Positions 12,876-26,449 of a stretch of DNA of 64,000 nucleotides are shown piece after piece. The translations under genes and the position numbers were made by a program. Each line of letters opens with the position of its first letter. The first letter of the stretch is position 1. Source of the DNA: Lama glama (Eukaryota); NCBI GenBank assembly GCA_028534125.1, contig CM052816.1, positions 77,812,001-77,876,000 of the forward strand, written 5' to 3'. Under the pieces are notes generated by a model. It had not been told where the DNA came from. It worked only from the letters and a program-made list of their open reading frames with translations, and searched no databases.

Positions 12876-14329
12876 TCTGCATCACCACCATCATCATGGC
12901 GTCTCCAAGTCATTATTACCCATTGATCTTGAAACTGGGTCTCTTCTAGAAATACCTTGACTTGGTAACCAGTGAAAAATTGAGTCTGACTATTTTGTGG
13001 ATGCTCATTGGCTGTTACTCAGAGGGAACTTTACAACATTAATCTCTTGTTCTGACAGTGCTTCAGGACATTGGGGCGAACACTGAGAACTCCTATTGAA
13101 TTTTCACATTTTAGTTAATTAATTTAACATTTCTTCTGAATGTTCAAGGTACAACCTAACAATTTGAGGTGGATGAATCTTTCATCACTGTATTAATCGC
13201 CTCACAGTGAATTTCACTCCCTGGGTTTACAATGGAATGTTCCCTTACATCCCAGAATAGTTCCAACAGCCAAACCCACACAGGCTTGGCAGGGACCCAG
13301 GGCTCACAGGCACTCACTCACCTGACAAGCAATCACACTTTATTTGCAATGAGGAAGAATTCCCTTTCTGATGACAGATGCACTTCAGGGACACACCTGC
13401 TGGGCGGTGCACTGTCTCATGACCACGCAGAGGAACTGACCCAACAAGCTTTCCCAACCAGCAGGAGAATGTTTATTGATCTCAGCCTATTCATTCACAT
13501 CCTCAAGGAAATGAATGCAGAGGGATCCTGTCTAAGGAAGACTAGAGGTGAGAAAGACCAGCGGAGGCATCAGGATATCTTAACTCCATGTGTATCCACT
13601 TTTTTTTTTCTCCCACTCATGTACCCAACAATAAAATATATACTTGTTAAAAAAGAAAAAAAAAGAGAGAGAGAGACTGGTGCTGAATCACCATCTACTC
13701 ATACAACTGTCTTGCAAAATCACTACCCTGGGGTTGTAATTTTTTATAGGTCCTTGGCCCTCCTCTTCCCTCTCCTATCCCATGGAGCTAGTCTAATCAT
13801 ATAACCTTTCACCCAGATCAGAATCATGGGCCTGATGATCAAGATTTTTTTTTAAGGGAAAGGACAAAATAATGACCACCTATGTCATGGTGCACAAGGT
13901 TTAGAAATTGCAGAAAACACGTTGCTGTTAGTGTTTGATTTTAATAAACCTTTCTCTAAATCTGTGATATTCATCATTACAACAGTCTTTCCCTGAAACT
14001 CCAGGAATGAAGCAGTGAACCACAGCAGCTCATCTCAATTGCACATAATAATTATAATGACAGCATTTATACTTGACAAGTTAAATTCACAAGCAAAGAA
14101 CTCTGCTTCCATTTACAAGAGTTAAAAAAAAAAAAGAGCAGCATAACAAGAGAGATTTTTCCTTTGACACAGACTGACAAGGAAGGAGCTTAAAGAGGAA
14201 GTCACAGCCTCCAGTGGATATCTTGCTCACCTGAGGCTGAGGCTTGGTCAGCCAACCTGGAATTCACTAGCTATGAATTCCTCTAAAAACGCCCATCTTT
14301 CATCATGATGCTGGACAAGCTCGAATTTC

Positions 14330-14684
14330 AAGTCATAGCTTGAGGGCTGGTGTAACAGAAATACCATAAACTGGGCAACTCAAACGACATTTATTTCTCA
14401 CAGTTCTGGAGGCTGGGAAGTTCAAGATTACAGCCTCTGCAGATTTGATGGTTGGTGAGAACCTACTTGCCAGCTCACAGATCACCATCTTCTCTCTGTG
14501 TCCTCACATGACAGAAGGGCCAAAGAGCTCTCTAGGGTTTCTTCTGAAGGGCACTAACCCCATTCATGAGGACTCCACCCTCATGACCTAATCACTTCTC
14601 AAAGGCTCCACCTCTAAATACCACCACAGTGAGGGTTAGGCTTCAATATATGAATCTGAAGGACATGAACATTCAGTCCATTTC
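14330..14684 (-). mobile_element. MLT1A0-like MaLR solo LTR
   Basis: 'tttatttctcacagttctggaggctgggaagttcaagat...gggcactaaccccattcatgagg...acattcagtccat'. Confidence 0.88.
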
Positions 14685-15257
14685 CTAGAGTGAGTCCCCA
14701 GACTCGCCAGCGCTGGGTGAACTTGAGCGGCTTACTGAAACTTGCTGTTGTCTTGTTCTCTCCATCTGTGAAATGGAGAAACTACCCCCTTCACAGCACT
14801 GTTACGGGGGAACAAATGATTTCGTGTGTCAGGGCATCTAGTAAACTAGCTAGATAGTGTTTAGCTAGGGGAATTAAGACAGACATTATGGCAGATGGAT
14901 GCTCCAAACAAAGTCTTAAAAAGGAGGAGGGTGTCAACTGGTAAAAAGAAGGGGAACAACTTGACAGATAATGAGCATAACAGCAGCCAAGACAACACAG
15001 GTGCAAGGGGTGAGTTAGACTAGTGGGGGCAGGGCGGGGGGCTGGAGTCCGGGGAAGCAGGCCTCCTGTTTGGAGATCCACAGGGATCTTGGGATCGACA
15101 TTTTACCAAGCAGTATTTTGCATAAAAGTTTGATAAAATCTAAACCCACACAAAATGCTAATTTTCCATAAGACATGCATGTTCCTGCCCAATTTTATCG
15201 ACAAGCAATCCTCCTCAAAACTATGCAGCCTTTGAGCAGTCCCTTGAGTCACTAAAC

Positions 15258-15935
15258 TAGAGGTTCTCAAAGCATGGTCCCCAGGACAGCAGCACCACTG
15301 TTATGGTGTAGGCAGAATAACAGCCCTCAAAGATGTTCACGTCCTAATCCCTGGGACCTGGGACTATATTGTGTTTCATGGCAAGGGGGAATTAAGTTAG
15401 GAGATGAAATTAAGGCTGCTAATCAGCTTACTTTAAAATGAGATTACCCAGGCGAGCCCAATGTCATTACAAGGCCCCTTTTACAGGGAAGAGGAGACCA
15501 GAAAGTTAAGAACAAGAGAGACAATGTCTTGAGAAAGACTCAATTTGATTGCTGGTTTTGAAGATGGAAGGCGACAGAGAAGGGAAGGAAGGCAGCAGCC
15601 TTTAGAAGCTGGAAAGTGAAAGGAAGTGGATTCTCTCCCAGAGCCTCCACACAACCATGCCCACACCTTGATTTTAGCCCAGTGAGACCCATTCAGGGCT
15701 TCTGTCCTCCAGAACTATAAGGCAATAAATCTGTGTTGTTTTAAGTCACTAAATTTGTGATCATTTGTTACAGCAGCCTTAGAAAACTAATACACCTGGA
15801 AAGTTGCTAAAAAGGCGAATTCTCTGGCCGCATTCCAGACCTCCTGAATCAGAGAATCTGAGGGTGGGGCTCAGCAGTCTGTCTCTAAACAAGCCTGGAG
15901 GTGATTCTGATGCACGCTTAGGTTTGACAACCACG
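15258..15935. mobile_element. MER5A (hAT-Charlie) split by an MLT1D LTR
   Basis: Ends 'tagaggttctcaaagcatggtccc' and 'ggtttgacaaccacg'; 8-bp TSD cactaaac/cactagac. Confidence 0.85.
15300..15794 (+). mobile_element. MLT1D-like MaLR solo LTR
   Basis: 'gtaggcagaataacagccctcaaagatgttcacgtcctaatccc...tttgttacagcagccttagaaaactaataca'. Confidence 0.88.
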
Positions 15936-16389
15936 CACTAGACTAAGCAATCACAATTATTTCCCTGAAGCCAACACACTCAGACATAGATCCCCGTGAA
16001 AACTCTACACTGACAATGACTTGATTAACCATGATAAAATCTACCAGTGCTGTGTCATGCCTTGACAAGCACAGAATAGGAAACCTAACCCAATCTTTGG
16101 TGATTCAGATTCCTTTCCAGCTCAGGGTCTTCATTTGGAATACAAGTAATGAATGTGCCCTAGTCCCTAAAAGTTCCTTTTTAAGATTCATTCCTGATGC
16201 CAAATAGATTTTATTGGAGGTAGAGTCATTTGCTTCTCACTAAATCTGAGTAACAGGGTAGGGGGGAAATGGAGGTGGGTAGGGATCTCAGTAAATGGTG
16301 GATTTATGATAGCCTATTCCAGGAAGAAGAGGCAGACTTGATTTCATAGATGCAAAGACATGGAGAGACGAGGGTTCTTGTAGACCACA

Positions 16390-16580
16390 AAGCTGGTTCC
16401 TCCATCTAGAGTGTAGGTCCTGCTCATCCCCACCACCACAGCATTGTCATCAAGTGGTCGGTGAGCCTCAGTTTGAATATCTCCGATGATAAGGAACTCA
16501 CTTCCTTCTGTGTCAAACTATTCCATTCTGAAGGGGCTCCATTTGTAAGACCTAAGTTCCCTTCATCTGACAGCTGATTT
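16390..16580 (-). mobile_element. CR1/L3 LINE fragment
   Basis: 'ttgaatatctccgatgataaggaactcacttcctt...ctattccattc' resembles antisense L3 3' region. Confidence 0.55.
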
Positions 16581-17159
16581 TCTTTGGACCTCACGCTTGA
16601 TTTCGTTTTGGCCTACACTGACTTCTTTGAAGTCTCAGGTATACACTCACATACAAGACTGAAATAAGACTAGGTTGCAGCCTCCACTACACATATTGGC
16701 TTGTTTTCTCAGCACTATTGGCCTCTACTGACCTCAAAGGGAGGCATGTATGTGAGCTGGGCAGGAGGTAGACATGGGCACTGTTAGAGACAAAGTGCTT
16801 TAAAAGCCTTTGATGAAAGGCATTATGGCTTGAAAGGGTTGTTTCTGAAATACTACACCTCCCTTTTAAGAACTCTTAAGATCGGGAGGGTGATACTCTC
16901 TCACCCCAGAAGAATTCAAGCATGAATTTTCTTAGAGCCACCAATTAAGGAACCAGTTCCATCTCCCCCAGATGCTCATTTCCACCAAAATTACCTAGCT
17001 GGATCTTTTTCATTTTTTTTAAGGAACAAACTAAACCATACTGAACAATATCTCAGAATTAAATAACTATTAGATGGGTACTGACAAATTAGGATACAAA
17101 AAGCAAACAGCTCTACTTAATACACACAACCCTACATAGAAGGAAAACCCAGTCATCCT

Positions 17160-17290
17160 TGCTTTACTTATTAATTTATTAATCCAATTATTGTGTGTAT
17201 CTATGATATGCTAAACACTAAAATAGCTCCTAGAATATGATGATGAACTAGACAGACACAATACCTGCCCTCCTCGGGCTTGGAAATCCA
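17160..17290 (-). mobile_element. L2 tail fragment
   Basis: 'gatgaactagacagacacaatacctgccctc'. Confidence 0.55.
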
Positions 17291-18189
17291 TTTAAACAAC
17301 AACTTATCTCTATTCTCATGATTCTGTGGCATTAAAGGTTAGATTCTTCTATCATTTATAAAATAATTCAGGGAAATGTGGTTCTCAGATTGGAATGCAC
17401 CTGGATCCTTGATTCAGATGGCTAAATGATGTTATACATTATTTTTAGAGAAGGAAGCTAGAAACCCAAAATTAAATAGTCCTTAGATTTTCTGGATGCT
17501 GAATGTTAAATATATAAAAGATTTCATTTTTATCCACTGCTATATGGATTTCTTTATGGAAACAACTGAACGAGGGTCCAAGAGGGCCTTATTTAACAGA
17601 ATGCACTGGGTTTTTTCTTTCTTACTCTGTCTCAATGTTTATTCCATCCACACAGAGTTCAAACTTGCTGGCCAGTATCACCGGACATCAGCAATAATTT
17701 GTGAGGCCACAATATCCCTGTGACCTCCGACCAACCACTGGGACCTCATTCCACTTTTTAGGAAAAAGGTCTGAACTACCAACTGCTGTCAAAGCACTAG
17801 CCCTCACATCACTACCCCAGAGTGCTAGCATCATCTGTGGATTCTCCTGCACTTCCAGTCCTGGGAGATCAGAAGGCACTTGAGATGTGTGTGAATTCTT
17901 CTATAAAAACAGAAAAGCTGCTCTTCTGGATCAGGGTGTGAACTGTGACACGTTTGTAGGGGTGATCCCATCTTTCTCTTCCATGGTGACAAGACAGTGT
18001 TGTTTCCAATACCCTTAAACGATGACCAGAATTTGCTGGCTTTTTGCAGCCAGTGTCGTCATTGGCTCACATGCCCTTTTCTAGACTGTATCTCACAATC
18101 CAGAGTCTGTTATTCCACTTGAATAGTTTATTTTCCTACAGATTCAAGATCTTTATTTTTGAACAGGAAAACAGAGGCATGTTATGATT

Positions 18190-18647
18190 TTCATCACGCT
18201 ATTCTTGGAGACAGCTTCTAGGCTAGAAGAAACAATGGCTGACATGCTCACGAAATCAAGCCACCACGTCATGGGGACACTAGACAGCCCTGTGGGAGGT
18301 AGCATGTAGAGAAGCCCATATAGAGAGGAGACAATGAGCCAGTCCCCCTTGCCAGCCACGTGAGTGAGCCCCCTTAGAAGTGGGTCCTCCAGCCCCCATC
18401 AAGGCTTCAGATGACTCCAGGCCCCCCACTCCCCTACCCTGGATTTAAGTCTTCCAGCTGACATCACAGAAAACATCATGGAGCAGAGGCAAGCCACCCA
18501 TGCTGTGCGCTCTCTCAATCTCCGATTTACAGTAACTTTACAATCATAAATGATAATTGTTGTTTTAAGATACTAGCATTTGCACTTAAGATACTAGCAA
18601 AATTACTAGGGCTAATTTTCTACACCATGATTAATAACTATATTACA
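18190..18647 (+). mobile_element. MLT1G/H-like MaLR LTR
   Basis: 'gccagccacgtgagtgagccc...gggtcctccagcccc...atggagcagaggcaagcc...ttgttgttttaag'. Confidence 0.75.
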
Positions 18648-18949
18648 GTGTTTATGTATGCAAAAATAAATATTTTAAAAAGCAAAAACAAATTACAATT
18701 CAAAATTCAAGACAGTGTCTACCTCTACAGGGGAGGCAAAAGAATTAGATAGAATAAGAGGACACAAATTATTGCTAAGTAATCTGCCTCTTGGTTGGAT
18801 GGTATGTTTTGCATAGATAAATAGATGAATAGATGGCCAGATAGACAGACAGATAGATGATAGGGAAGAACTTGTATGGTCCAATGATGATAGTGTGTCA
18901 TGAGCCAAGGACTGTCTTTAATCCAAGTTAAACACCTGAGGTCTAATGA

Positions 18950-19070
18950 TAAGGAAAGAAGAGAGGGCAAGAAAGGGGAAGAGAAGAAGGAAGGAAAAAA
19001 GGAAGGAGGAAGAGAGGGATGGAGGGAGGAAAGTAGGCGAGAAAGGAGGGAGGAAGAAAGGAGAGAGTGA
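18950..19070 (+). repeat. Purine-rich (GGAA/GGA) low-complexity tract
   Basis: Almost entirely A/G. Confidence 0.85.
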
Positions 19071-19089
19071 AGTTATTAGTTATTACCTG

Positions 19090-19705
19090 GTAAAATTTGA
19101 ACATGTTCCCATCCTTCGCCCAGCACGTCCACTCCTGCATGCACACTCTAGAGCAGTTCTTGCACCAGAGGATAGGTACAAGCAAAAAACTAGAAATACA
19201 CCAAATATCCAGCAATTGTAAAATGAGTAAATGCATGGTGGTTATTCAGACAGTCGAACATTATACAGCAATGAATACTAATGCCCAACATCATGGGTGA
19301 AACTTCACTCACCTTCAGGGATAAATATCCTGAGATGATAGATATGACTTTATGCAATGATACAAATGTTTGAGAGCATGATGTTGAGCAAAAGAAGACA
19401 AATGATTCCATTTCCATAAAGTTAAACACATACAAAAATAATATATTGATTAGAGGTGTGTGCATACATGGTGGTAAAACTACAGCAAAAAGCAAGAAAA
19501 ATACAAAATTCAGACAGGTGGCTGGAGAGACAGAAAGACTCAGTAGGAGCCGGGTACACACTGGAGATTTGATAGTATTGGAAATGTTCTAATTCTTAAG
19601 CAGGTTTGGAGGGAGATCCACAAGGGTTCATATTTTTATTATTAAACTGTATGTAGATGTTGTACACACTCCTTTATATGTACCACAAATTTTAAAAATA
19701 AAGAT
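19090..19705 (+). mobile_element. L1ME-type 3' end
   Basis: 'atgttgagcaaaagaagaca..atgattccattt' and 'gtattggaaatgttctaattcttaagc'. Confidence 0.75.
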
Positions 19706-19871
19706 GTGAATGCAGGGCAACAAAACAGGGCATCAACATCACATGAAAGGACTTCAGCAGCAGAATTTCCTTAAGCACAGTCTAACTTCTTGTCCCTGCA
19801 ATGTCCCCAGAATCAGGTCTACAGGAAACCTCAGCATCCCAGGTTTTGTCTTTGCCTCCTCAGAATATTAA

Positions 19872-19893
19872 ACACACACACACACACACACAC
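19872..19893. repeat. (CA)n microsatellite
   Basis: About 11 AC units. Confidence 0.95.
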
Positions 19894-20029
19894 GTTTATT
19901 GACTAAATAGTCTGTAACTTTACAAAAGCAGCACCGCATCCCACCTTCAGGCCAGCAATTCTCCAGCTCAGCTCTGTGGACTGTCAGTTCAGTACTGACT
20001 ACCACATGGTGCAGTGGTCATTTCATACC

Positions 20030-20330
20030 ATGTGGTGTGGTGAACAGAGTACTGGACTGACCATGAGACCAGGACCCCAGGCCCTGCTGAATCTCTCCCC
20101 AGCCTGGATGACTTGGGCAAAATCATTTCACCTCTCTGCCCTACTGCTTCTGAAGAACCTCTAGGGATAACCAGAGCTGCTCCATTTATAAATGATTTTA
20201 TGCCGGACTCCTCGGTTTGATTTCTTTTGAAGAAAAGATCGCAGTGCTTTCAAAAGAGAAAGTTCAAAAACCTCTAGACTGAATGATCCCTTTTCTTTTT
20301 TTCTTGCTCTAACATTTTAGAATTCTGCAT
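20030..20330 (+). mobile_element. MIR fragments
   Basis: 'gatgacttgggcaaaatcatttcacctctctg'; 'tagactgaatgatccc...gctctaacatttta'. Confidence 0.6.
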
Positions 20331-22039
20331 TTTGTGAAAACCACATTTCTGGACCTGGTATATTTTTAGATGGGTTGATAAACAGGGGACTTAAAAACTA
20401 GATCACAAATTTATCCTCTTATGGAAAATGTCTAAATATTTTTTGCCAAGAATAATGGGTTATCCCAGAAGTCCTCTGGCAAGGCAATTCAGACTCTCCT
20501 TCCTTGCTCCCCCTTCATAGCCCACCTGACCCTTATTCTACCAGGACTCTGGCAGCAAATCGGGCTAACTCATTTAATCACTATTAGAGAAGGATAATGG
20601 GAGAGGGGCTTGTAGATTAGGGGCACTTTCTGCAAGGGGCAGAACTGCATGGGAACTTTCACAAGAGCTGCTGGTGGCCCACAGCTCTCTTCTCTGCCCT
20701 TGTCCGGCCCTCTTACATCTTTAGTACTCAGGCCAGAGCTGCTCAGGCCCACCAGCCATGCTGCCCCATCTCCACCCATTCCTCTTGGGTTTCCCTTACA
20801 CTCTGATCAGTCAAGCATGTGCCCAATCAAACATTGGGTTCCAGATCAAACACTGCCATTTAAGCCCCGCTCTTCTGGGCATGATGAACTTTAGACCCCT
20901 CATAGAGACGCCTGCCTGGCTCAACCTTCCTTCCATCTACGTACAAAGTCAGCTCTGCCTGTAGCCGCTTGGCTCATAATACTCACCACCACCTGCAAGA
21001 CAGCAAGGGGGACTTGTCCTCTGGCCAAGACTTCAACATTATTGTCTTAATAAAGGATTAGTCATTGAATCATCACCCCACTTTGGGGTGAATCCCGCTT
21101 TGGGCTTCACTCTCTGCTTCGATTCATTCTAATTTTCAAATAAAACATACCAGTTGCCACTCTAAAGAATAACAAAAAGAGATAGTAATTTTTTAAATAC
21201 ATGAGCCTTGGTAGTCTATAGTTCATCAAACTGATCATATTAATGGAAACTTCAGATTCAATATCACAAAGATTTGTTCTAAGTGCAGTTCTGATACGCA
21301 ATCATGATGAGTGCTCTGGAGAACTGAAGGCTGTCACTCCTTATCTTTTCCCTCCTGTGCTTCACTCAAGGGGAGCTGAACTCCCAAGAGAACCACGGAG
21401 CCACACCACGTCAATTTCTAGACAGTCATACACTGAGTTTGAAATGAGAAGATTTTAAGTGTTGCCAGTAAAAATAAGTAATATTCTCCTTGGGAGAGAA
21501 AGTCAACATAGGAAGCTGAAGCAGAAATTAGCCGTTTCCTCAAATCACATGCAAAAGCAGAAAACAAAACAAAACAAAAAAAAAACTTCATTTGTTTATA
21601 GGATCATTACTAAACACAACAGCTTCCTCCACCCTGGTCTGGAAAATAAATCCTCAGGATTTTTATAAACAAGTTGAACGGAGGAAGCTCAAAAGTGATC
21701 CTCCCTCTCAAAAGGAAATTACACCCAGGCCCCGAACTCCCGCCCATATGAACTCAGTGTCCAAGGAATTCAAGCTAATCCATCCATTCTCAGTGGCTGG
21801 GTCCGGTGGTCCACAGGCATATCCTCCAATCTGAAGGAAATGGCACCAGCTCGTTAGTGAGCTGGGTGTATACAAAGTGGAATCCCTTCCATTTATCATA
21901 CTGCCATTTTGCTTAAAAAAGGGAGAAAGCAACATTTGCTGGTTCTCATTTTTGGCGACCCTTAGCCCACCCTCCTTTACCCATGCTCTTTACCAGTAGC
22001 CTTTGGATGGGGTCCCAGTCTGATCTCCCACTGCTCCCT

Positions 22040-22480
22040 AAGCCCTTTGCCAGGAGGAAGCTATTTTAACCTCTATTCCTATGCCCACCTTGTGCTCTAC
22101 CTCTAAACCCTTTACATAGTCCCTACCTGGGATGTTTTCACTGTCTTTGATATTCTTTCAACATTCAAAGCCCACCTGAATCCTCACGTCTTTCTTAAAG
22201 ACTTTCCTAAACATTCCAGCTAGAAATCTCTATTTCCTATGAATGTCTATAGATCTCATTCTACCTTAACTTCCCATTTTTAATACTATTTGCTGAAATA
22301 GGTTTTTGTTTTATTTGTTTTGAATCTTAAAATAATATCTACCCATCCTAATTCCCCACTGGACTAAAACCTTCACGGCTGAGGGGGTGTTGTAAGGATA
22401 CCTTCTAGTTTGTGTGTCACCTGCAATGTTTACCATTTTTTGCACACAGTGGCTAATTCAATAAAAGTCTGTTGATAATG
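22040..22480 (+). mobile_element. L2 3' region
   Basis: Diverged L2 tail ending 'cacacagtggctaattcaataaaagtctgttga'. Confidence 0.6.
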
Positions 22481-24294
22481 TTTGAGAAGTAATGACTCCA
22501 GACAAAGAAACCCAAAATATGTTGTCAAATGTAGGGACAGAGTCTTCATTTGTAAAACAAAGAGCTGATCTACAAATTCACTCAATTCCTAAGACTGTTC
22601 GATCCAAGTCTCTAGAATTTTGTCTGCATCGATCTCATAGACATTAGCAATCACCCAGGTAAACTCTCACATTTATGAATAATGGAGGAGACACCCAGAA
22701 TCCAGCCCTGCATAACTCTAGGTTTGCTAATTCAGCTGTATCATGCTTGATCATGAGGACTCTGGGAAATTCTCAAATTTGGGATGACTCAGCATCTCAT
22801 TTACTCATTTATAAACTCAAAAAGGGAATAGAAACAAAACCATCCCTTCCATCCTCAGTATCCGCAAAACCCAAGGCCAGACCAGTCCTGATCTGCAGAT
22901 GTTCAAGGAGTGGTCCACTCTCAGACGTTCACCTCATCAAAGGGCTTTCACATTTATTGCCTCATACACCAAATGAACAAAAGAATGACCTATATCCACT
23001 CAACAGGTAGACAATAAATGGCACCTGTGGTTATTAGCTAATTTTTCCCTTTGCTATTTTAATAAGAAGTAGGGCTTATCTAAAGACTTTCTTTGGACTC
23101 TGATGAAATTCTCAAGACTCAAATTCTCCAACATCCAGCAAGGATATATATACACACAGTAACATACAGATACATACCAATATATCTACCAATATTTATT
23201 GTCAATAGAAAGTTACCATTTCCTTCCTCAGAAGGAACTGTTATTCCTCCTCATTTTTCATGTCAAAATATTCTTCTTCTTAATAAAATATTAGTCCTAG
23301 GAGATGGTTGCTATTGACTTATTTTTAGTGGTGTTACTTGACAAAAGAAGTCTGCCAATCCTGTTTACCCTCAAGATTATTCAAAAATTGTACCCATCTG
23401 TGAAATTCAAAGTCTAGGGACCACTGACTGGAGAAGGTAGACCTCACTAATGTCAGCTCCACATGATGCCTCTTGCCCTTTATTGTCATTTACACCTTTT
23501 AAAAAAATTATTTAAAAAAACATTATTTATAGAGGCACTCAATGGGTGATTGGCACTGTACCTGGCTTTGGGATTACAGGCATGGATTACAGACTTGGTC
23601 CTCGGAGGGCCTATGTTTCCATGAGAAGAGGTAGGGAAACAGTTATTCTATTGTTAAAGTCATTGTTTCCATGTTCCCACCATGGTAAATTCTAGAAAAA
23701 GAACTCAACCTCTCATCCTTTGGAAGGATTCTATGTATATTTAGGTATCAGTCCATTTTTTTTCCAGGGGTCCAAAAAAACCAGAAGTGCCCTGGGTCTG
23801 TCTCAGCCTCTGAGACACTCTCTATGGATGCTCAGTAAACAAGAGTCCCAGGCTCACTCTGACCTTTTAGCTGTTTCCTTCAGCCCCAGTTGACATTCAA
23901 CAAACTGAAATGTGTCATCCTTGGTGTTCCACAATTCCCCCAGCATGTTAATTTTAATTGTGGTGTTGCTCCTGAAATATTTGTCTTATTATAAAATAAC
24001 GCCTCACCTTTCCCAAAGGAGATTCCAATCAAGATACAGAAAAAAAAAACAATTAAGGGGTTATTCAAACAAGAAATAACATAGTAGATCATAATCATAA
24101 ATTAAGGTAATCAAAAGTCTCATACAATTTAATGAGGACAAAAGGGGAAAATGATAAAAAGCTTCTTGTCTACAGAGAAAGTAAGGATGATCCTTTACTC
24201 CAGCTTCCAACTCACACCCTGCACTCTGTGACTAGTGAGATTTTTTTTGTGACACTTCACTTGGACTCCTTAGAGCAAGTGAGGAGGCACAGAC

Positions 24295-24500
24295 AGGTGT
24301 CACGACATTGTAAGCTGGCTCTCTGCATAAACAAACAAAAAAATCTCTGTATTTTGGCATTTCCAGTTTCCAGAGGGACAAATATTCCCACTGTGGCCAA
24401 TTTCCAAGTACCAATAGTTTAACCACTGGCTCAGAAAATGCCTGAATATTGTACTACCAGTTCCCATGAGCCCATGTGAGCCAGCCTCTCTACACCAGTT
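24295..24500. mobile_element. MER63-like hAT-Blackjack element
   Basis: 'aaatattcccactgtggccaatttccaagtacca...gtgagccagcctctctacaccag'. Confidence 0.6.
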
Positions 24501-25559
24501 GGAGGGTGGAATTCTCAAATTTGACATAGAACAGATCCCCATCTGTTATCCTAGATCCCCATCAGTTGACACAGAACAAGGGGCTAACTCCTTGAGTTAA
24601 GTGGGAGCAAGCCAGCACCTTAGCAAGGGTATATTTATCCACTGTTGTTATGAACCTGAAGACGGGACCCGACTGTATTGGGACCAGAGTCAAGGAAAGG
24701 TTGGTGGTTCAAGGAGGAAATGTCTGAGCTTAGGGAGGCATTGTCCAGACATTGATGGACTGAGAAGGTTTGATTACCAGCAAGCTGAAGGCACAAAGGG
24801 GCATGAAGGGTAATTGGATGGGGTGGGGCAGGGAGGACCTAGGGGTAGAGCTGAAAAGAAGATGACACAGAGGGATTTCCCTAAAAGAGAAGCTGAGTAC
24901 AAAATAGGCCCATTTCACAACTTTACCTTCAACTGATGTGTTTGCAGAACTAAGTTCCCTAAAAGGTTCCACTTGGTTTCCAAGAAAAACAGCCATGAAG
25001 ATACGGTGTTCTGTCCTGCAGTCTGTCACCCCAGGAACCTGACTGCAGGAGTAGGAATTTAAGTTGATAGCTCCTTTCTACACATATGGAACAGCTTTGG
25101 GATGGGAAAAGAATTTTTAGAAGACTGAAAAAAAAAGATCCCTGAAGAGCAACTTGGCTTTTGGTTAATGGGACTGATGAACAATTTGAGGGGAATGAGA
25201 ACTGTGGCAAAATGGAGTTTCTGAAAGGTCGAGTTGCTCTGGTTTTGGAGTAGGGCCTTATCGTTCGGTAGCCAGAGGGTGGGGCTCCTGGGCCTTTTAA
25301 GGCTTTTAATTTGCTTGGTTTTAATATAGAAATTTCAAATAAAAAGGTTTTGACTCAATGGAATGAATGGATAGATAGATAAATAGATAGATAGGTAAGA
25401 ACAATAGACAGATAGAGGTGCTTGCCAAACACCAGGCCTCCCGCTTCTCAGCTCCTCAGGCCCCTTTCTTACTCCTTCTCTTGGGAATCCACCTCCTCCC
25501 ACACTGACTGGGCACTGAGAACTGCTGAGATTTTAATCCGAGGTAGATTCAGGTCTGAT

Positions 25560-26070
25560 GGAATTTATGCAAGTCTCTCTGAGAACCATTAAGGCTCAAA
25601 AACAGATGACAGATAGATAGATAGACAGGTAGATAAAGAGATAGACAGACACATACATAGGTTATATAAATAGAGCTGATGTACAGATACATAGCTATGA
25701 ATGATGTGTGTGCATACATATATATACAAAGAGATTGATATTAAGGAATTGGCAAACATGATGGTGAGGGCTAGTCTAAAATTTGTCAGGCCAGCCAGCA
25801 AGCTGGACACTCAGCAGGAATTAACTATGTAATCTTGAGGCAGAGTTTCTTCTTCCCTGGAAAAACCTGTTTCTGCTCTTAAGGCACTCAACTAACTAGA
25901 TGAGGCCCATTCACATGATCAAGAGTAATCTTAAAGGAAGGACTACAAGATTAAGGAATACTGATTGCAGATCTTCATCATCTATGAAGTATCTTTACAG
26001 CAATATCTAGACTAGTGTTTGACCAAACAACTGGGCACCATAGGCACTTTGAATGTGAAGTTAACCATCT
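25560..26070 (-). mobile_element. MLT2D-like ERVL LTR with internal (GATA)n
   Basis: 'taaggaattggcaaacatgat...cagcaatatctagactagtgtttgaccaaacaactggg...aagttaaccatc'. Confidence 0.82.
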
Positions 26071-26449
26071 AGGGTGGGATCCCCAGCTCACCCTCTCTGG
26101 TCCCAGGCTGGAACTTCTTCTCCAGTGCTGCTCCAGTACTGTGAGGTCCCACCCCCAGCGTCCGCAGTTGCATGAATGTGGTAATTAGCACCGTGGCCCA
26201 TATCAGGTCTGTTCTCTGCGGCTCCTAAAAGCCCCATTACAAATTTCTGATCCTCTTCTCTCTGGTAGGTTCTGTTGAGAAGGATCACTCTAGCCTCTTT
26301 TGAGGCTCAGCCTCTTTCATCTTTTGTTCTAAATTAATATCTGGGTCCACAGGGACAAATACCATTACCCAGAGCGTCTGTCTGCATCATGTCAGCCCTT
26401 CGCAGGGACCCACGAGCATCCTCTGCTTCCTCCTTCAAAGGCAGAGTGT

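Noticed and set aside
13232..13804. 190-aa ORF, the longest gap-free one
   Set aside because: Runs through poly-T/poly-A/(GA)n tracts, has no recognisable domain and shows no exon structure; likely chance.
18946..19221. K/R/E-rich 91-aa ORF
   Set aside because: Translation of a purine low-complexity tract plus L1ME.
21073..21091. 8-bp perfect hairpin tcacccca-ctt-tggggtga
   Set aside because: Too short for a pre-miRNA or MITE and compatible with chance.
21725..21845. Minus-strand acceptor catttccttcag with open frame IGGYACGPPDPATENGW...
   Set aside because: No convincing donor and no recognisable protein similarity.
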